From an uncultured Gammaproteobacteria bacterium (GTDB lineage Bacteria; Patescibacteriota; Microgenomatia; JALYQM01), in NCBI GenBank assembly GCA_964403585.1, contig CAYOFQ010000001.1:1344826-1408825 (forward strand): a stretch of 64,000 bases of DNA, in the 5' to 3' direction. Shown one piece after another: positions 57,708 through 64,000 of this stretch. Numbering within the stretch: position 1 is the first letter of the stretch; the number at the start of each line of letters is the position of its first letter. Under the pieces are notes generated by a model. The model was not told the DNA's origin and made no database searches. It saw nothing but the letters and a program-made list of their open reading frames with translations. Position numbers and translations under genes: made by a program.

Positions 57708-59519
57708 ATGACAAAACTAAACATTTCAAAAACAAATTGGGATTTATCCCCCTTATTACATTCAGATGACGATCCACAAATCGAGCAGCAAAAACAAAAA
57801 GTAACTGAAGAATCTAATAAATTTATCAATAAATGGAAAGACCGCGAAGATTACCTTCAAAATCCTAGTGTGCTCAAAGAAGCATTAGATGAGTACGAAA
57901 ATTGGCAACACCACTATGGCACGTCGGGAGATTTCGGCTATTATTTTTCTCTACGAAGTGCACAAGACTCGGTTAGCCCGGAAATTAAGGCTAAAGAAAA
58001 CCAGATCGAAGATTTTGCCAATAAAATTCAAAATGATATTCAATTTTTTGAAATGCGTATCTCCAAAATTCCTAAGGAACAACAACAAAAGTTTCTTGAT
58101 GAACCTTCCTTGGCATCGTATAAACACTACATAGAAAATCTCTTTAAGCAGTCGAAATATCTCTTAAGCGAAGCCGAAGAAAAAATAATGAACCTGAAAT
58201 CCAGCACCTCACACTATAACTGGGTCAAAATGACATCCACTTTTCTTTCTAAAGAGGAAGCCGAAATTATCATGGAAGACGGTACCGGAAAAGTACAAAA
58301 CTTTTCCGAAATCGCCACCTTAACTTCGAGTAAAAATAAAGCAACCCGGGATAGTGCAGCCGAAGCGTTTCATACAATTAATGCCAAATGGGCTGAAGTT
58401 GCTGAAAATGAAATCAACTCAATATTCTCCAATAAAAAAACCAACGATGAATTACGCGGCATGGAACGACCCGACACCGCTCGACACCTAGCTGATGACA
58501 TTGAAACAGAAGTCGTCGACGCACTTGTCGAAGCAGTTTCTTCCCGCAACAGTATCCCCCGGAAATTCTATCAAATAAAAGCAAAACTCATGGGGCAATC
58601 GAAACTTGCCTATCACGAACGCAATGTCGAATATGGTGAAATAGATAAAAAGTATACCTATCAGGAGGCAGTTGATCTCGTTTACCATGTCTTTACCCAA
58701 CTCGATCCTAAATTTGCCGAAATCGCCAAAATGTTTGTAGAAACCGGCAAAGTCGACGCCCTTCCTCAAAAAGGCAAGCGCGGCGGTGCTTTCTGTGCAT
58801 ATAATCTTAAATCCCAACCAACCTACACCTTATTAAACTTCACTGAACGACTGAACGATGTACTCACCATCGCCCACGAATTCGGCCATGGCATCAATGA
58901 CGAATTAATGAAAGAAAAACAAAATGCACTTAACTTCGGCACACCAACCTCTACCGCCGAAGTAGCCAGTACCTTTATGGAAGATTTTGTCCTGCAGGAA
59001 CTCGTAAAAGAATCCGACGATGAACTTAAATTAGCAATTATGATGATGAAATTAAACGACGATGTTTCGTCTATTTTCCGACAGGTAGCCTGTTATAAAT
59101 TTGAACAGGATCTTCATGCAGCATTCCGCGCCAAAGGTTACCTTTCCAAAGAAGATATTGGCGAGATTTTTACCAAAAATATGTCCGCCTATATGGGGGA
59201 AGCGGTTGAACAATCCGAAGGAGCGCAAAACTGGTGGGTTTACTGGTCACATATTCGCTCATTCTTCTACGTATATTCTTATGCCAGTGGCCTGCTGATC
59301 TCGAAATCCTTACAAGGTGCAGTCAAAGAGGATGCTTCGTTTGTTGAAAAAGTCAAAGAATTTTTATCTTCCGGCACATCAGACTCACCAAAAAATATCT
59401 TTGCCAAAATGGATGTAAACATTGCTGATAAAAATTTCTGGAACAAAGGATTGGACGAAATTGAAAGTTTACTGTCTGAAACCGAAGAGTTGGCCAGAAA
59501 ACTCAAGAAAATAGACTAG
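57708..59519 (+). CDS. pepF: Oligoendopeptidase F (M3B family)
   Basis: Zinc motif HEFGHG (TIAHEFGHGINDE) and the M3 C-terminal fold. Start placed at ATG 57708 (MTKLNISK) to avoid overlap with nth. Confidence 0.85.
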   Translation: MTKLNISKTNWDLSPLLHSDDDPQIEQQKQKVTEESNKFINKWKDREDYLQNPSVLKEALDEYENWQHHYGTSGDFGYYFSLRSAQDSVSPEIKAKENQIEDFANKIQNDIQFFEMRISKIPKEQQQKFLDEPSLASYKHYIENLFKQSKYLLSEAEEKIMNLKSSTSHYNWVKMTSTFLSKEEAEIIMEDGTGKVQNFSEIATLTSSKNKATRDSAAEAFHTINAKWAEVAENEINSIFSNKKTNDELRGMERPDTARHLADDIETEVVDALVEAVSSRNSIPRKFYQIKAKLMGQSKLAYHERNVEYGEIDKKYTYQEAVDLVYHVFTQLDPKFAEIAKMFVETGKVDALPQKGKRGGAFCAYNLKSQPTYTLLNFTERLNDVLTIAHEFGHGINDELMKEKQNALNFGTPTSTAEVASTFMEDFVLQELVKESDDELKLAIMMMKLNDDVSSIFRQVACYKFEQDLHAAFRAKGYLSKEDIGEIFTKNMSAYMGEAVEQSEGAQNWWVYWSHIRSFFYVYSYASGLLISKSLQGAVKEDASFVEKVKEFLSSGTSDSPKNIFAKMDVNIADKNFWNKGLDEIESLLSETEELARKLKKID

Positions 59520-59521
59520 AA

Positions 59522-60670
59522 TTATAAAACGGTATCAATAACACCACCACCCAGAAGCACCCGATCTCGGTAAAACACCGCGCTCTGTCCTGGCGTAATG
59601 CCCCGTTGCGGCGTTGCCAACTCAACTCGTACGGTATCTCCATCTTTAACAACTTTTCCTTCGTTAAATCCACCCATGTGCCGCAACCGAACCTGACAAT
59701 CAACCTCGACAGCTATTTCGTCAGCAAAGGTTGAAGAATGCACAGTAAATGAAGTTTTATCAGTTTGACCGCTTTTACCGACAATCAACTGATTAAGATC
59801 CTTGTTAAAGCCAACAACATAATAAGGAACTACTTTATTAGTAGTAAATCCTCGACGCTGGCCAATCGCATAAAATGGCAACCCGTTATGTTTGCCTATA
59901 ATTTCACCTTCAACAGTCACTACATCACCGGGCACCACATATTCAGGCATATGACGCATGAGAAAATCACGATAGTTATCTCCCGGAATAAAACAAATAT
60001 CAAAACTCTCCTTGGAAGAAGCCACCGGTAAATTCCAGTCAACCGCCAGTTTACGAACATCATCCTTCACCATATTTCCCAACGGAAATACGAGGCGCAC
60101 CAGATCTTCCTGCTTCATCGTATACAAAAAATACGACTGATCCTTTTTATCATCATTACCCATCTTCAGAAATAATGGATCGTGATTAGGAAACGCTTCC
60201 AGTATCTCTGCGCGTTTCTCCATTGCGTCATATGCTAAAACCTCATATTGATCACCATGCTGTTGCACTACATTAATATAATGCCCGGTTGCCAGCATAT
60301 CAAAACCAAGCCCTTGCACATATTTAACTAATCGTCCGGTCTTAATTTTTCGGTTACAGACAACACAAGGATTAGGCGTTCGTAAAGATTTAAATTCATC
60401 AAGGAAATACTCAACAACTGTTTCCTTGAAGATATCTTCAAAGTTGAAAGTATAGAACGGAATACCCAGCATATCACACGTCTTTCGGGCCGCCATTAAG
60501 CTCTCGGTCGAACAACACTTGTTCTCCCGGGATAAATAGGGGTCATATTCGGCCCAAAAATGCAGATGCACACCGGCCACATCGTATCCGGCATCTACCA
60601 GAAGTTTCGCCGAAACCCCTGAGTCAACGCCACCGGACATCCCGACAGCCACTTTTAACCGTTTTGCCAT
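59522..60670 (-). CDS. mnmA: tRNA-specific 2-thiouridylase MnmA
   Basis: PP-loop SGGVDS (VAVGMSGGVDSGVSAKLL). Catalytic Cys CCS and NPCVVCN. C-terminal beta-barrel. 382 aa. Confidence 0.9.
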   Translation of the reverse strand: MAKRLKVAVGMSGGVDSGVSAKLLVDAGYDVAGVHLHFWAEYDPYLSRENKCCSTESLMAARKTCDMLGIPFYTFNFEDIFKETVVEYFLDEFKSLRTPNPCVVCNRKIKTGRLVKYVQGLGFDMLATGHYINVVQQHGDQYEVLAYDAMEKRAEILEAFPNHDPLFLKMGNDDKKDQSYFLYTMKQEDLVRLVFPLGNMVKDDVRKLAVDWNLPVASSKESFDICFIPGDNYRDFLMRHMPEYVVPGDVVTVEGEIIGKHNGLPFYAIGQRRGFTTNKVVPYYVVGFNKDLNQLIVGKSGQTDKTSFTVHSSTFADEIAVEVDCQVRLRHMGGFNEGKVVKDGDTVRVELATPQRGITPGQSAVFYRDRVLLGGGVIDTVL

Positions 60671-60706
60671 GAGGATATTATACCAGATAGACGGGCAAAA
60701 CCCGAA

Positions 60707-63385
60707 TTAGTCCTGTTTTGTGAGTTTACGAAAAGCAAACTGCAATTTACGCAGGGCCGTAACCTCAATTTGTCTTACCCGCTCCCGCTTAATACCATAC
60801 TCTTTACCTATTGCTTCTAGGGTATCTCGCTCTCCCGAAGGCTGTATTCTCCGCAGTAAGATATCTCTTTCTCGGTTGGTTAACGCTTCAAGAGCTTGAG
60901 TTAGTCGTGGTCCAAAAATATGGTCCATCTCTGTGAAATCATGCGCAGTAGCATCAGGTATTATCTCAGCAAACGTAGTTTGTGATTCGCCACTTGCGTC
61001 AACATTTTGATCAAAGGAAACTGATGAGTTTTCAGCAACTATAGGATCCACAAGTCGTATCAAGTTAGATATACGAGTAAAGGAATACTTGCCGTTCCCC
61101 AGTAATTGAGCGACGGCCTCCTCTACGGCAACCGTTGCCTGAACCTCGTTCATTCGCTCAGCAGTATACCGTACCAGTTTTTCAAGAGCCATTTCGACAG
61201 AAGTAAACGGTAATCCTAACGCAGTGGCTTCAGCTATAATACGTTGTTTCAATGTATGATACGCATATCGAGCCTCACGCCGCATCAAAATCTGCCTGTT
61301 ACGTAACACTTCTCCATACATATCGACTTTCACATATTTCATAAAGTAGCTCGAATACTGACTACCGTGTCGCCAATCATACGTATCAATTGCTCTCAAA
61401 GCACCAATTACTCCACTACCGTATAAATCCTGTAACAAAGATACATCAGGCACCAGACCTTTGTACTTAAATACGATATCCAACACCATCCGTAAATTCC
61501 TGAACAAAAGCTCTTGACGGTATGGCTCCGACTCCAGCCCAAGCAATAACGCACGCTCCAGATCCTGAGTAAGAAGAACATTCTCGGCCGGGCTTGCTTG
61601 TTTAAAATAACCCGCTAAATTAAACATCTGCTGCATGGAATCTATTGGTGGAATATCGGCAGGTACTTCAAATAGTGGACGTAATACCGGCTTATCCGTC
61701 TTCGATAGTTGGGGCTCAACAACACTAACTATTTGACCAAGATTATCAACATTATTTGCTAAGCCGACTTTCTCATATAAAATTTCAGGAATAAAATCGC
61801 GAAGAAATGCAACAACTACTGTCGCCTCAAGCCCTGCTGCCACCGCTACGCTAGATACAAAATATGCAGTATACGCATAAAACAGATCATCCTTATTGGG
61901 AGTATCACCACTCAATATGTTGAGATCAGAGAGGTGCAAGCCCAAATCCCGGGAAATAGCAGGAGCATACATCGACATAAAATCTCTTAAATTTAGAGTA
62001 CGCACGGCTTTTTCTACTGATGTATTTTTAGCATCTATACTGCGTTGTAACAGTTGACCATAGCTCGCAATTGCATCTTCATGGATTATTCTTTTAATAG
62101 TATCAGGATCCACAGATTCACCACTCTCTAAGCGTCGCTTCAATAACTCGAGTGGCATCAAGGATTTTACATCGACCTCTCCATCTCTGATGGCTTTTCT
62201 ACGGCTTTTTCTCCTATCGCCTTTACTTGTTGTATCTTGAGGTTGAAAGCCCGTAGTCTCCTCCTCAGCCGAAGGCGGATTAAGGTGAGAAGTGATCAGA
62301 CCAATCATCCGATTATGGTGTTCTAAATCTTGCACTATTTCCCGTGGTAAGTGGTTACTGCCTGGCAAAGAAACAATATGATCCCGTGCGTGCTCGTGAA
62401 GCAATAAAACTCTTTCCGGAGACCGTGCGAATAACCGGTTCTGAAGAATTGTTCGCACTGCCGGAAGAATAGTTATATCAAGGCCATCTCCTAGGGTATA
62501 TCCAGTTCGTTGTAACGCTAAAAACAAATTCTGCTGGGATAGAAAATCCGGAATTGTAATTTCCGGAAAAAACCGTTTACATACTATTACCATCTGCTCG
62601 CGATCAAACCGATTTAAGGAACACAGTGCTTCAAATAAATTTCCAATTTTTGTGTCATGTAATATTTCAGATTGAGCCAAAATCAAATCTCCAAGCTCAT
62701 CATATACTCCCGCTGCATTTTGTAGTAAATATTCTACTGGGTTTTCCCTGTTCAATAGCTCTGCAACTCGTCGGTTCAACAAAGGTACACCTTGGGTAAA
62801 TCTAAAAATTAATTCGGCAACGTCATTTCCGACTCCAAGCTGCTCCGCCGTCTCAGATATCGAAAGTGCATCCAAAACAACAGTCTCGAACTTACTTTCA
62901 AGAGAAGGTGCTAAGCTCGGGACAGATCTCCCAAGGAGCATAATCAACGACTTATGATTCGGATTGGATATTTTTGTTCCGAATATTTGACCAATACTCA
63001 TCTGTTCTTTACGGGGTAGCTCACTCATTCCGTCAATAAGCACCGCACGTCGCGTTTCCGAAGTACTATCTAAAATTTCCCGTAAACGTTCGATATCTTC
63101 CCCGGGAAAACGCAACTGTTGTTCGTGCTGACCAGGAGCATGGATCTTTACATGCATTAAATCATCACGGTATTGAATCAAAATTGCGTTTGGCAATGTG
63201 TTCAGAATAGAATCAACAAAATGGGTTTTACCATAACCTGGTGGTCCTTGAACCATAACTGCACGTCCATTGATTTCCTCGGCTTCCCAACGAGCAACGA
63301 GTTTTTTAAGACGAGATCTCGGACGCTCAGTGGTAACCACTTCAGGTTGTGCATCAACACTAAATGCCGTTTGTTCTATACCCAT
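60707..63385 (-). CDS. Fusion protein: N-terminal MalT/STAND-like P-loop NTPase + ~450-aa helical region + C-terminal sigma-70-family regions 2, 3 and 4
   Basis: Walker A MVQGPPGYGKTHF (MalT-like PAGYGKT). Walker B VLIDGMSE. Sigma region 2 has LRMVLDIVFKYKG..LLQDLYGSGVIGALRAIDTYDWRHGSQYSSYFMKYV. Region 4 has LTNRERDILLRR..GERDTLEAIGKEYGIKRERVRQIEVTALRKLQ. Preceded by AGAGGTAAG SD. Confidence 0.75.
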   Translation of the reverse strand: MGIEQTAFSVDAQPEVVTTERPRSRLKKLVARWEAEEINGRAVMVQGPPGYGKTHFVDSILNTLPNAILIQYRDDLMHVKIHAPGQHEQQLRFPGEDIERLREILDSTSETRRAVLIDGMSELPRKEQMSIGQIFGTKISNPNHKSLIMLLGRSVPSLAPSLESKFETVVLDALSISETAEQLGVGNDVAELIFRFTQGVPLLNRRVAELLNRENPVEYLLQNAAGVYDELGDLILAQSEILHDTKIGNLFEALCSLNRFDREQMVIVCKRFFPEITIPDFLSQQNLFLALQRTGYTLGDGLDITILPAVRTILQNRLFARSPERVLLLHEHARDHIVSLPGSNHLPREIVQDLEHHNRMIGLITSHLNPPSAEEETTGFQPQDTTSKGDRRKSRRKAIRDGEVDVKSLMPLELLKRRLESGESVDPDTIKRIIHEDAIASYGQLLQRSIDAKNTSVEKAVRTLNLRDFMSMYAPAISRDLGLHLSDLNILSGDTPNKDDLFYAYTAYFVSSVAVAAGLEATVVVAFLRDFIPEILYEKVGLANNVDNLGQIVSVVEPQLSKTDKPVLRPLFEVPADIPPIDSMQQMFNLAGYFKQASPAENVLLTQDLERALLLGLESEPYRQELLFRNLRMVLDIVFKYKGLVPDVSLLQDLYGSGVIGALRAIDTYDWRHGSQYSSYFMKYVKVDMYGEVLRNRQILMRREARYAYHTLKQRIIAEATALGLPFTSVEMALEKLVRYTAERMNEVQATVAVEEAVAQLLGNGKYSFTRISNLIRLVDPIVAENSSVSFDQNVDASGESQTTFAEIIPDATAHDFTEMDHIFGPRLTQALEALTNRERDILLRRIQPSGERDTLEAIGKEYGIKRERVRQIEVTALRKLQFAFRKLTKQD

Positions 63386-63403
63386 CTTACCTCTTTTCGA
63401 AGC

Positions 63404-63637
63404 TTACGCCGCCACACTCAACTCTCTAAATTTCCGATGGTGTCTATCAAGTAATGCACAATCTTCCAAATCACCTAACGTCTCCGGCACATCATTGGCC
63501 GCAATAGCGCGCAATGGCTTACCATCGGCAAACAAGTTATAATCCTTATCACGCATTACTTGGTATGTATTGCCTGACTCATCATGATGTTTCATACCTT
63601 CCACAGGAACTAACCCTTCAATTGAATATCCAAACAT
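63404..63637 (-). CDS. Small hypothetical protein (77 aa) co-operonic with the NTPase-sigma fusion
   Basis: AAGGAGGA SD 5 nt upstream. Stop lies 18 nt before the fusion gene ATG. No recognised motif. Confidence 0.45.
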   Translation of the reverse strand: MFGYSIEGLVPVEGMKHHDESGNTYQVMRDKDYNLFADGKPLRAIAANDVPETLGDLEDCALLDRHHRKFRELSVAA

Positions 63638-63645
63638 AATCCTCC

Positions 63646-64000
63646 TTATGCACTTTCAATCCCGTCTGAGCTAACCCACACTAAGGGAACAGAACCTAAC
63701 TGCATATCTGCTAAAACTTGGGCCACCATCGGCCGGAGTACCCCGTCTTCTACGATCAACGGAATCGAATGAGTCTGGGCAAATTTTATCAGCGTTCGTA
63801 AACTGCTATCAGACAAGTAAGCTGAAATTGTACTTAACAGCACTAGGGCGGTAACTCGTTTTCCCCTTACTTTAGCTCTAAATAAGCTATTTACGAGAGT
63901 TCCACGGGTAAGAATTACAGAATCCATGTCGGGATTTCCATAGGGGATACTGTCGATTTTGAGCTCATGAAGCAGGTGCTTCCCGAAAACCTCAGCATGA
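63646..64000 (-). CDS. STAS-like (anti-sigma-factor-antagonist-like) protein, 5'-partial (continues beyond window end)
   Basis: Open frame to the window edge with no stop upstream of the listed M. ISAYLSDSSLRTLIKF resembles the STAS DSSG-loop (FMDSSGLGVIL), and a C-terminal alpha/beta pattern follows. Assignment is tentative. Confidence 0.35.
   Translation of the reverse strand, partial: HAEVFGKHLLHELKIDSIPYGNPDMDSVILTRGTLVNSLFRAKVRGKRVTALVLLSTISAYLSDSSLRTLIKFAQTHSIPLIVEDGVLRPMVAQVLADMQLGSVPLVWVSSDGIESA

Overview
Low-GC bacterial window with about 60 genes and a small-genome, CPR/Patescibacteria-like character. That lineage call is inference from an ATP-dependent DNA ligase, a short MetRS, many leaderless-looking starts and many secreted Pro/Thr-linker proteins. 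No rRNA, tRNA or CRISPR were found. Housekeeping and repair genes are well supported by motifs: ruvC-ruvA-X-X-ruvB, RmuC, endonuclease III, a UvrD helicase fused to a Cas4-like Fe-S nuclease, MetRS, MnmA, TrhO, ClpB, PepF, family-I PPase, Rpe/RpiB/LacD/LOG, ADP-forming acetyl-CoA synthetase, GT2 synthase, MscS, Fic, NUDIX/IDI, and SAM hydroxide adenosyltransferase. The most unusual locus is at the 3' end on the minus strand: a STAS-like gene, a 77-aa gene, and an 892-aa protein with an N-terminal MalT-like P-loop NTPase and a C-terminal sigma-70 region 2 to 4 module. Other notable items are a ~1 kb high-GC island with one secreted repeat protein between ppa and ruvB, and a 1039-aa surface protein (metallophosphoesterase + 3 malectin-like repeats + PA14). 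Also notable are a three-member paralog family of an unknown secreted domain (one member a remnant), two homopolymer-frameshifted genes, a CIRCE-like operator upstream of clpB, a structured terminator-containing leader upstream of the SAM-hydrolase-metG pair, and a 26-codon Lys/Ala-rich ORF with its own SD and terminator.
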